Source of the DNA: Myxococcota bacterium
GTDB taxonomy: Bacteria > Myxococcota_A > UBA9160 > UBA6930
NCBI GenBank assembly: GCA_965223705.1
Contig: OZ245015.1
Location: 96,001 to 160,000 of the forward strand
Reading direction: 5' to 3'
Length of the DNA: 64,000 bases
Part shown: positions 38,094 to 46,422 of the stretch, piece by piece
How positions within the stretch are numbered: the first letter of the stretch is position 1
Layout: every line of letters starts with the position of its first letter
The notes under the pieces: model-generated
Told to the model about the DNA's origin: nothing
Database searches by the model: none
The model's input: only the letters and a program-made list of their open reading frames with translations
Program-made: the position numbers and the translations under genes

Positions 38094-38414
38094 CTAGAAC
38101 GCGATGAGGTCGATCCCCACGAGTGTCGCCAGAATGAGAACCAGGAGCACGAAATTTACCCACACGAGCGAGAAGAGCAGGAAGCTCGCGAGCGCGATCC
38201 CTCCGAGCAACAACCAGCTGTCGACTTCTCGCTTCGCGGATCGCGCGGCCGCGATACCTCCCAGGAACGGAGCGCCGAACAGAAGGAGCCGAAAGGCTGC
38301 GATCTGAAAACGCCGATGCGCTGCTCCTTCCTCAACCGGAGAGGCGAGCGCGGCCACGACGAGCACGATGCACGCGAACACCCACCAGCCAAACTCCGCT
38401 CTACCCACCGCCAT
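38094..38414 (-). CDS. Hypothetical membrane protein
   Basis: Hydrophobic helices; overlaps the methyltransferase stop. Confidence 0.5.
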   Translation of the reverse strand: MAVGRAEFGWWVFACIVLVVAALASPVEEGAAHRRFQIAAFRLLLFGAPFLGGIAAARSAKREVDSWLLLGGIALASFLLFSLVWVNFVLLVLILATLVGIDLIAF

Positions 38415-39294
38415 GGGCGACCGCGTGAACCGTATTGGAGATGTAGAAACGCCCGCCGGTCACCGCAGAGGCGGCACGCGCCACGTGGTAGTAGCCGAGT
38501 TTGAGGCCGAGCCCGAGCCGTGAGCGACCGCCGCCGAGGGTGTACGTCGGCTTCCCCACAAAGAACTCGCAATCCCGGAAGCCCGACGCGGCAGTCGCGG
38601 CTCGCATCGACTCCACCGTGAAGTCATTCACGTGATCGCGCACTTCGAGCAGCGAGACCTCTGCGGGGGCCCTCCCGACGGCACGCATGAGGCGCGCGCG
38701 CAGCAGCTGAAAGTTCGCGTTCGGTGTCTGGATGAAGAGCACACCACCGGGACGCAGCAACGTGCGGCAGTAGCGCAACAAGGGGACTGGCTCGGAAATG
38801 TGCTCGATGACGTCCCAGAGCGTCACGACGTCGAACGAGCCGGGCGAAAACCCGGAGTCTTCGACGCGACCCGCGCAGAGTGTGTCGAGCTCGAGCTCGC
38901 GCTGCCCCCATGCGACCGCTTCCTTGGAGATTTCGTAACCCCAGGCCTGCCAGCCCGCGTCGGCCGCGAAGCGGGGAAAAAACCCGACGCCGCAGCCGAC
39001 ATCGAGGATGCGCCCGCGCCCAGCCCGTGTCGGATCGGAAGCGGCGTCCGTTCGATAAGCGTCGAGTCGGGCGAGAACTTCGCCATAGCTCGGTTCGCGC
39101 GCCGTGCTCCAGTAGAACCGCAGCGCTTCGGCCTCAACTTCGATGTTGCCTTCCCAGTAGCCGTCGTAGTGGCTGGGAGATTCCCAGGTCGAGTAGACAT
39201 GGGTGCAGCGAAGGCATCGAATGAGATCGATCTCGAGCTCGCGAAACACCACGCGGCCCTCGGGAGACTGGCAGATCGGGCAGGCATCGACCAT
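38401..39294 (-). CDS. Class I SAM-dependent methyltransferase with N-terminal Zn-binding Cys pairs
   Basis: CPIC...CLRC, LDVGCGVG, FDVVTLWDVIEH. Confidence 0.9.
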   Translation of the reverse strand: MVDACPICQSPEGRVVFRELEIDLIRCLRCTHVYSTWESPSHYDGYWEGNIEVEAEALRFYWSTAREPSYGEVLARLDAYRTDAASDPTRAGRGRILDVGCGVGFFPRFAADAGWQAWGYEISKEAVAWGQRELELDTLCAGRVEDSGFSPGSFDVVTLWDVIEHISEPVPLLRYCRTLLRPGGVLFIQTPNANFQLLRARLMRAVGRAPAEVSLLEVRDHVNDFTVESMRAATAASGFRDCEFFVGKPTYTLGGGRSRLGLGLKLGYYHVARAASAVTGGRFYISNTVHAVAHGGG

Positions 39295-39309
39295 CTGTGC
39301 GCTTGCGCT

Positions 39310-40104
39310 CTAGTCGGCAGACGCGACGAGGTGTGCGTCGATCGGCTTCTCGAAAGCGATGAACAACGTGCAGGCATCATCGCTCACGCAGCGACCTTCG
39401 TGCGGCGCCTCGGAGGGGCCGTAGATGTACGTGCCCGTTTCGACGTCGAGGGGCAGCTCGCCGTCGTATGCGAGCTGCATGCGCCCCGTCACGAGAATCA
39501 TGCGCTCCGCCGAGCTGTGCCAATGTTTTGGCAGGTCGTAGCCGCCGGGGACTCGAAAAAACACATCGCTGTTCGGCCGCTGCGGGTCGCCGTGGAGGAT
39601 CGCGATTTCGCAGCCCGCCGGAAAGAAATCGGGGCAGGCGCCCCACGACAGTTCCGGATCGCGGCTCGACCTGGCGAGCGGGGAAAGGCTGGACGCTTCC
39701 GGATCCGACGGGTCCAGTCGCACGAAATAGCGCGGCGGAAAACCCGTCAGGAATCGAAAGAAGAACGGTAGAGGGTGCTCACGGCCGATTCGGCCGTACT
39801 CTTCGCCGGTGACGAACACCGCGTGAAAATTCCCTTTCGCGCCGTCGGTCGATACCTCGACTTCCGGCACTTCGAGCAAGCGGTGATACCACGCCCGGGG
39901 CCAATGGTTGACGGCGACATACATCAGGTCGCCACTGTCGAGACGTGTGAGAACCCGCTCGTGGGACGCCCCCGACCGATCGAACGTGGTGAGAACCAGC
40001 GTCGACGCGTTCGAGGGCTGAAAGAACCCGATCAACGACTCGAACGCCACGACGATTCCCATGTAAACGAGCGCTGCGATGACGAGGATTCTGAACAGTT
40101 TCAC
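39310..40104 (-). CDS. Fusion of a membrane-anchored Ddn-like split barrel and a cupin domain
   Basis: N-half TM + LTT..G..H.RVL...NHWPRAWY...FVRLDP; C-half HWHSSAE...PHEG cupin metal motif. Confidence 0.75.
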   Translation of the reverse strand: MKLFRILVIAALVYMGIVVAFESLIGFFQPSNASTLVLTTFDRSGASHERVLTRLDSGDLMYVAVNHWPRAWYHRLLEVPEVEVSTDGAKGNFHAVFVTGEEYGRIGREHPLPFFFRFLTGFPPRYFVRLDPSDPEASSLSPLARSSRDPELSWGACPDFFPAGCEIAILHGDPQRPNSDVFFRVPGGYDLPKHWHSSAERMILVTGRMQLAYDGELPLDVETGTYIYGPSEAPHEGRCVSDDACTLFIAFEKPIDAHLVASAD

Positions 40105-40188
40105 GGTGATCCGACCTTACTTGCAAGGTACGCGGAAGTCGACGTGAAAATGCTCATCGTGCCTCCTTAAAATCGCGGACCGCGGCGA

Positions 40189-40584
40189 CTAGCCGCTCTC
40201 CCGAAGTTCTCGAATTTGAGGAGCGTTCTCGAGGACTTGTTTCACCGCGCAATAGACGCGGCCGAGGGCCTCGTCTCTGCGCTCGCGACCGAGCCATCTG
40301 CGCAACAAGCCCCCTTCCACGAACGCGAATACCCGCCACGCGTGCGGCGCTTCTACTTCGCCGGCGCAGGCGACGTAGCTCTTGTACGGGTCGCAACGAA
40401 CGGGAACACACCAGGCGAAGTCTTCGGCGACGATTTCTCCGACCGCGAGCCCTGCATCGCGGAGTCCGTCCGCGAGCCAGCGCGCCAAGGCGCGGCCGAC
40501 AATGCCCGGGTTCGTTTCTCGGTCTTCGTCAGGCTCGATGGAGAACGCGTCTGAGCGGAACTCGAGCAGCGGTGACTGAGACAT
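40189..40584 (-). CDS. Hypothetical protein
   Basis: EF.S.AF...NPG..G.ALA.WL...EDFAW conserved-looking motif. Confidence 0.65.
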   Translation of the reverse strand: MSQSPLLEFRSDAFSIEPDEDRETNPGIVGRALARWLADGLRDAGLAVGEIVAEDFAWCVPVRCDPYKSYVACAGEVEAPHAWRVFAFVEGGLLRRWLGRERRDEALGRVYCAVKQVLENAPQIRELRESG

Positions 40585-40649
40585 GATCTCAAAGCTAACG
40601 ACCTCAAGGGAAGACGCGAGCGCTAGAATCCCGGACAATGGAGGGCCCC

Positions 40650-41342
40650 ATGATCAAAGGCTTTGCACTCATTCCCCAGAAGGCAGGAATCACCCGCGAG
40701 ACTTTTCACGAGCATTGGGAGAAGGTGCACGCACCCCTGGCTCTGCAAATCCAAGTGCTCCGGCGTTACGTCCAGTCGCACCGGTTGCCTCAAACACTCC
40801 CCGGGTTCGAAGACGTCCCCTACGAGGGCATCGCGGAGATCTGGTTCGATCAACTGAGCGATGTCATGCAACTCGGGGACAATCCCGACTACGTCAATGG
40901 GGCACTCGCCGACGAGCCGAACTTCATCGACCAGAGTGGACTGCGATTCCTCGCGACGCGCGAAGAGATTGTGATTCCCGGCCCGACCATCGAACGCGAT
41001 ACGCCGCTCGTCAAGGCGATATTCTTGCTGAAGCGACGCGCAGATATGACCGTCGCTGAGTTTCAGAAGTACTGGCTTGAGGAACACGCTCCGCAGATTC
41101 CGCGAGATATGGGCGTGATGCGATACGTGCAGTGCCATCAGCTCCCCGAAACCTATGCCGAGGAGACACCCGCTTTCGACGGCGTCGCTGAGCTTTCTTT
41201 TGAAGACATGAGCGCCTTCGAGGCGTACTGGGGAAGCGAGCGGGTGCAGGCGATCTTCGCGGCCGACGCGCCGCGTTTCCTGGGCGAGGGCTGTGTCGCG
41301 CTGCTCAGCGAGGAAAAGCGCATCATCTGGCCAGGTCGCTAG
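40650..41342 (+). CDS. Tandem EthD-domain protein
   Basis: Two repeats of F..HW...HAP...RYVQ.H...(Y/F)(E/D)G.AE; alternative start 40638. Confidence 0.88.
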   Translation: MIKGFALIPQKAGITRETFHEHWEKVHAPLALQIQVLRRYVQSHRLPQTLPGFEDVPYEGIAEIWFDQLSDVMQLGDNPDYVNGALADEPNFIDQSGLRFLATREEIVIPGPTIERDTPLVKAIFLLKRRADMTVAEFQKYWLEEHAPQIPRDMGVMRYVQCHQLPETYAEETPAFDGVAELSFEDMSAFEAYWGSERVQAIFAADAPRFLGEGCVALLSEEKRIIWPGR

Positions 41343-41349
41343 CCCAGCA

Positions 41350-42558
41350 TCAGTTGGGCGAATACGCGTCGAGGCCGAGCGCGACCGCGCCCCAGTTCTC
41401 CGCTGTCCGCTCGAGATCCATGATGTAGTGGGTGCGAATCATCGCGATATCGCGGTAGATGCGCTCCATGTCTTGGCCGATCTGGGTCGCACTTGTACCG
41501 CTCGCCTCAAAGAGGATCTCGATGGCCTCGCTCGAAAGGGCGCACACTTGTTGTGCGTGCATGAAAGCGCGTCGCCGCGCTTGCGGGTCACACGCTACAG
41601 CGCCATCTCCCGCGTCATCTGCCAACTGCTCGAGGCTCGAGACCATGCTGTCCCGAACCGCTGTTGCAGCGTCGGCCTTGGCACGCGAATGCCCGAGGCG
41701 TCGTTGCGTCGAGCGCTCTGCGCGGAGTTCGCCAAACGGCGCGAAGGGGATCTGCTTCGTCATGGCGCGCTCATAGAACGCATCGATCGCGGCCTCCGCC
41801 AGGCCGACACAGATACTGCTCAGCTCGCAGCAGAACACTTCCATCGGCGGACACCGGTAGAACGCGTTGGCGTAGACGCCGTAGCCCGGGGCCTCGCCCT
41901 CGAGCCATGGCGCCTGGTGGATGACGCGTCGCTCCGGCAGGAAGACGTTCTCGACCACGGCCTGCTTCGAGCCGGTCGCTCGCATGCCCATGACGTGCCA
42001 GTTGTCGACGATCTCGTACTCGTCGCGTCGGATGAATCCGAGGATCAGATCGGGAGGCTCTTCCTCTTCCCGCTCTTCTTCGACAACGGCCGAGAGAGCG
42101 ACCCAGTTGGCGTGCTCGCCGCCCGAGTTGTAGTTCCAGCGCCCAGTCAGGCGGTAGCCACCGTCGACGGGCACCGCGACACCCTGCGGCGCGAAGATCA
42201 GAGGTGCGCGGAAATCGCCATCGTCTGCGTACATCTCCACCTGACCTTCCTCGGGAAACGAGGCCATGTGGAAGGTATGAGCGCTGGTCAGACAGAGCAC
42301 CCAACCCGAGGAACCGCAACCGCGCGAAATGTTGGTCATCACCTGACAAAACGTTCGGAGGCCGAACTCGTAGCCGCCGAATCGCCGCGGTTGGAGAAGC
42401 CGGTAGAAACCCGCGTCGAGAAAATCCTGAATCGTTTCCTGCGGCAATTCTCGTGCGCGTTCCGCTTGTTCGGCACGTTTGCGAAGCACGGGAATGAGAT
42501 CGCGCGAACGTGTGACGACCTGCTCCACGGTGAGATTCGGCTCGGGGGGCTTGATCAT
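41350..42558 (-). CDS. Acyl-CoA dehydrogenase-fold flavin monooxygenase (HsaA-like)
   Basis: QPRRFGG, CGSSGW, G.W.YNSG, W.VMGMRATGS, RIYRD...H. Confidence 0.88.
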   Translation of the reverse strand: MIKPPEPNLTVEQVVTRSRDLIPVLRKRAEQAERARELPQETIQDFLDAGFYRLLQPRRFGGYEFGLRTFCQVMTNISRGCGSSGWVLCLTSAHTFHMASFPEEGQVEMYADDGDFRAPLIFAPQGVAVPVDGGYRLTGRWNYNSGGEHANWVALSAVVEEEREEEEPPDLILGFIRRDEYEIVDNWHVMGMRATGSKQAVVENVFLPERRVIHQAPWLEGEAPGYGVYANAFYRCPPMEVFCCELSSICVGLAEAAIDAFYERAMTKQIPFAPFGELRAERSTQRRLGHSRAKADAATAVRDSMVSSLEQLADDAGDGAVACDPQARRRAFMHAQQVCALSSEAIEILFEASGTSATQIGQDMERIYRDIAMIRTHYIMDLERTAENWGAVALGLDAYSPN

Positions 42559-42622
42559 GACGTCCTCCGTCTTCCGCCCAGAGCATACGCCGACGCGTTT
42601 CTGCGTTCACCGTCGGCGGGAA

Positions 42623-45600
42623 TCAGCGCTCTGCGCGTGCCTCGCGGACGTCGGCGAACTCGGTGCCTCCTTCGATCTCGCGCAAGCACACCGCAAGATC
42701 GGCGAGATCGCGCTCTCGATCGAAGCCACCCATCGGGGCGCGCAGACGCCGCAAGAGCGCGCGCATTGCGAGTCCGAGCGCACCTTGCTCCCTCGCGATC
42801 GACAGCGACTCCGTGAGCGCTCGTCGCGCGTCGTCCGGCCGACCGAGTTCGATCAAGAACTCCCCGCGCCTCCCGTGAAGTTCGGCGTCCCAGAAGTGCA
42901 TCCCCAGCTGAGAGGCGACCCCCAGGGCGAGGTCGATCGCTCCGACGGCCTCCTCACATTGGCCGGCCCGGTGCGATACATCCGCGAGGATCCCGAGGAT
43001 GTGCGGTGCGGCGGTCTGGTTCTGGGTCCCCGCCGCCGTCTCGACGCCGTGGCGGGTGATTTGCAACGCGCGCGAGGGATCGCTCTCGCACCATCCTTGA
43101 AGAATGGTCGCGGCACCCAGATACAACGGGAATCCGTGACGTTTCGAAAGCGCGGCGGCCTCGTCTGCGAGCCTGCGGGTGCCGTCGCGATCCCGGAGCA
43201 TCTTTGCGATGGCCGCCGCGAAAACGAGGCAGAAGGCGAGTGAAACGGGGTCACTGACGGAGCGCGCCCGTGCGACGGCGAGATCGGCCTGTCGTTTCGC
43301 TTCTCGAAAACGACCGAGGGGCCACAAAGCCCAGCTCGAGTACGCGTGGGTCACGGCCTGGAAATCGTGTCCCCACCGCTCGATCTGCGTCCCGCTGTCG
43401 TCGGGATCGTTTCGAGAGAGCGCGCACTCGTTGTGAAGACACGCGTCTTGAAACCGGCCTTCGAGGAACGCCACATTGCCCAAGGCGTACGCAGCGGCGG
43501 TTGTCGGAGTCGCGTCCGTACCGATGGCCTCGAGCTGCTCCGCGAGCGTTCGCGCCCGTACGAGTTGGCCGGTGGTCACGCAGTACACGACCGACCCCCA
43601 CAGGCCCGACGCTCGCAGCGATGGGTCTCGGACACGTTCGCAGAGCTCCTGGGCCCGGTCGTACGCCACCCGCAGTGACGGGCTCGAAAACCCTTCGACG
43701 GCTTGGAGCGAAACCCCGAGCGCGATCTGGATCGAGAGCTCCCTCGCGTCCCGGTCGGCTTCCGGCCCGGTGTGCGACAGCGCGGTGAGTCCTCGGCGCA
43801 GCTGAGTCAGCGCCTCTCGGTGAGCGGAACGGGCGTTGTAGAATTCGCCCGAACGACGCCAGTATTCCGACGCGAGCGCAAACTCCTCCGCTTCCGCCAG
43901 ATGGTGGCCCACGAGTTCCGGACGGGCTTCGGCCACTTGCGGCATGCGTGCGAGAATGGTCTGCGCGACGTGCAAGTGGTGTCGCTTGCGCTGCGGACGG
44001 ACCAGCGACTGATAAGCCGCATCGCGCAGAAGGGCGTGCTTGAACAGATACGTCGCTTCGGGCGGGTTGCCTCGACGATAGAAGAGTCCCGCGCGTACCG
44101 CGCGATCCAAGGCTTCGAGCAGCTCGTCTTCCTCCATCGCCGAAACTTTGAGAATCAGGTCGTAGGAGAACTCTCGCCCGAGCACCGAAGCGAGTTGGGC
44201 GAGCTCTTTGGTCGGGCCCAACGCGTCGAGCCTCGCCTCGAACAAGTCGTGGAGCGTATCCGGGATCTCGACATCGCAATCCGAGCGACCATCGTCGCCT
44301 CGACGACTCGAGTCGAGAGCCGACAGAACGAGCTCCTCGACAAACAGCGGGACGCCGTCGGCGCGATCGAGGATCTCGTCGACCCACCGCTCGGACAGCG
44401 TCCGGCCACCCGCCACTTTGCGGATCAACTCGCGGACTTCGTTGTTGTCGAGCCGCACGAGATCCATTCGTTGCAGCATGTCGTGGCTCGCGCCGGCGGG
44501 CTCCAGATCCGCCCGGCACGTCGCGATGAGCAGGATCGGAGAGCGCTCCAATCGTTCCATCATGTGTGCCATCGCTTCGAGCGTCGACGGATCCAGCCAG
44601 TGCGCGTCTTCGACGATCATGACGACCGGTTGTCGCTTCGCGAGGCGAGCCAACCATTCGGAGAACAAGTCGAAGAGCTCTTCCCGCGACGCTTCGGGGG
44701 GTCGGTCTTCGTAGCGTTCGTTCGCATCCGCAATTCCGTGGAAGTACTCGAGGAGAGGCAGCGTGTCTTCCACGTCGAAGTCCATTCGGGCGAGCCCGAG
44801 GCGAAGCGCTTCGCGTTGAACGGAAATCGGGTCTCTCGTGCGAAAGCCGAGCCCGTCTCGCTGAAGGGCCAACACCGGATAGAGTGCGCTGTCCTTCGTG
44901 TGCGCCGACCCGCGCACCTCGAGCCAGCTGTGTGGTTTGCCTTCGATCGAGGCGCGGAACTTCTGCAGCAGGCGCGATTTTCCGACTCCCGCCTCACCGG
45001 AAATCAACACGGCGCAGCCGCGGCCCTGGGACAGCTCGGCAAAACCGTTCTCGAGCATCGCGAGCTCTGAACGGCGACCGACGAAAGGCGATAGCTCGTT
45101 CGTCGAGTTCACGTCGAGCCGACTGCGCATACCGGCGACGTGGACCGCTCGGAACGCATGCTCGGGTTCGGAGACGCCGACGAGGTCGACGGTGCCGAGA
45201 TCTTCCGTCACGAAAATGCCCGACGTGAGCCGCGCGGTGCGAGCGCCCATGACCACGCAGTTGCGTGCGGCGTAACTCTGAAGGCGCGCGGCGACGTGGG
45301 TCGTGCGACCGAGCGCAAGGGTTTCCTTGGCCTCGCCCGTTCCGACCTCACCGACCACGACTTGACCGGTGTGGACACCGACGCGGATGGAGAGCTCCTC
45401 TCCGTAGCGACCCAACAACGCGTCGCGCTGCGCTTCCAAGGTATCGACCAGAGAAAGACCCGCGCGCACCGCGCGCTCTGCGTCATCCTCAAAGGCCTGG
45501 GGATAGCCGAAGTACGCGAGGACACCGTCTCCGAGAAACTGTGCGACGTATCCACCGAACCGGCCGATCACGCCCTGTGCGGCTTCTTGGTAGTCGCGGA

Positions 45601-45904
45601 GCAAGTCGCGCCAGTCTTCGGGATCGAGGCGGCTGGCGATCTGGGTCGATCCGACGACATCGCAAAACAACACGCTGAGCTGCCGCCGCTCTCCCTCGTT
45701 CGAAGGTGCGACCGTTCGGTTCCCAGTCCAGACCAGTGAATCCCCCTCGGCTACGGCGACTTTCTGGACGTCGAGGAGTTCTTCGACGAGATCCGAGAAC
45801 GCTTCGTAGTCGAGTTCCACTTCTCGCTTGAGGGCCCGTCGGGAGAGACACCCTTCTTCGCGCAGCACTTCCCGGGCACGACGCATGGCAACGACGAAAC
45901 TCAT
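42623..45904 (-). CDS. Class III nucleotidyl cyclase + AAA (STAND) ATPase + TPR-like protein
   Basis: RRQLSVLFCDVVGST, FLGDG, GEAGVGKS Walker A, VEDAHW Walker B, GVPLFVEE, FKHALLRDAAY. Confidence 0.93.
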   Translation of the reverse strand: MSFVVAMRRAREVLREEGCLSRRALKREVELDYEAFSDLVEELLDVQKVAVAEGDSLVWTGNRTVAPSNEGERRQLSVLFCDVVGSTQIASRLDPEDWRDLLRDYQEAAQGVIGRFGGYVAQFLGDGVLAYFGYPQAFEDDAERAVRAGLSLVDTLEAQRDALLGRYGEELSIRVGVHTGQVVVGEVGTGEAKETLALGRTTHVAARLQSYAARNCVVMGARTARLTSGIFVTEDLGTVDLVGVSEPEHAFRAVHVAGMRSRLDVNSTNELSPFVGRRSELAMLENGFAELSQGRGCAVLISGEAGVGKSRLLQKFRASIEGKPHSWLEVRGSAHTKDSALYPVLALQRDGLGFRTRDPISVQREALRLGLARMDFDVEDTLPLLEYFHGIADANERYEDRPPEASREELFDLFSEWLARLAKRQPVVMIVEDAHWLDPSTLEAMAHMMERLERSPILLIATCRADLEPAGASHDMLQRMDLVRLDNNEVRELIRKVAGGRTLSERWVDEILDRADGVPLFVEELVLSALDSSRRGDDGRSDCDVEIPDTLHDLFEARLDALGPTKELAQLASVLGREFSYDLILKVSAMEEDELLEALDRAVRAGLFYRRGNPPEATYLFKHALLRDAAYQSLVRPQRKRHHLHVAQTILARMPQVAEARPELVGHHLAEAEEFALASEYWRRSGEFYNARSAHREALTQLRRGLTALSHTGPEADRDARELSIQIALGVSLQAVEGFSSPSLRVAYDRAQELCERVRDPSLRASGLWGSVVYCVTTGQLVRARTLAEQLEAIGTDATPTTAAAYALGNVAFLEGRFQDACLHNECALSRNDPDDSGTQIERWGHDFQAVTHAYSSWALWPLGRFREAKRQADLAVARARSVSDPVSLAFCLVFAAAIAKMLRDRDGTRRLADEAAALSKRHGFPLYLGAATILQGWCESDPSRALQITRHGVETAAGTQNQTAAPHILGILADVSHRAGQCEEAVGAIDLALGVASQLGMHFWDAELHGRRGEFLIELGRPDDARRALTESLSIAREQGALGLAMRALLRRLRAPMGGFDRERDLADLAVCLREIEGGTEFADVREARAER

Positions 45905-46284
45905 GACGACACCTCCAAAGTCGGACGGGGTAGGGGTTCTCGGTCGGGCAGAACGAATTCGCGGCGCGCGCGCTCCGATGCGATGCGCTCGTCCGAGTAG
46001 TAGAGCAATGCGGTCTCCGGGTTCCGAAGCTCGGGGTGGTGAGACAGGAACGCGGCAAAGTCGTGGGCCCTCGTCGGGTCGCCGAGGCGCGCCGCCACGA
46101 GCCGCGTCCAGACGAGAGTCAGCGTTTCGTGGTAGGCGTGCGGATCGCCGGACGCTCCGCCGCCGTTGATCGACTCGCGGATCGCCGCGCGAATCCGCGG
46201 CGTCGCTCGATGAAGCGGAGCGACCCGAAGGTGCTGAAACGCGATTTCCAACCGTGCTTCGTGATCGAGATGGGGCTTTGCCAT
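45901..46284 (-). CDS. Conserved hypothetical protein
   Basis: YHETLT..W and YYS......AR.EFV.PD motifs; ATGA coupling to the cyclase-STAND gene. Confidence 0.75.
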   Translation of the reverse strand: MAKPHLDHEARLEIAFQHLRVAPLHRATPRIRAAIRESINGGGASGDPHAYHETLTLVWTRLVAARLGDPTRAHDFAAFLSHHPELRNPETALLYYSDERIASERARREFVLPDREPLPRPTLEVSS

Positions 46285-46310
46285 GGGTCGAGCATCGACG
46301 AAGCCGCGGC

Positions 46311-46343
46311 GGCGATCTTTTCCGGATCCTTACCGGATTCTTA
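46311..46343. repeat. Tandem 11-bp-period direct repeats (candidate wHTH operator)
   Basis: GGCGATCTTTT / CCGGATCCTTA / CCGGATTCTTA. Confidence 0.6.
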
Positions 46344-46422
46344 TCATTCCAGCTCTCACGGTTTTTGTAGTAGATTCAAGGGGTTGTGCCTTTGCACGCG
46401 ATCTTCGGAGGGCGCGTTTCCG

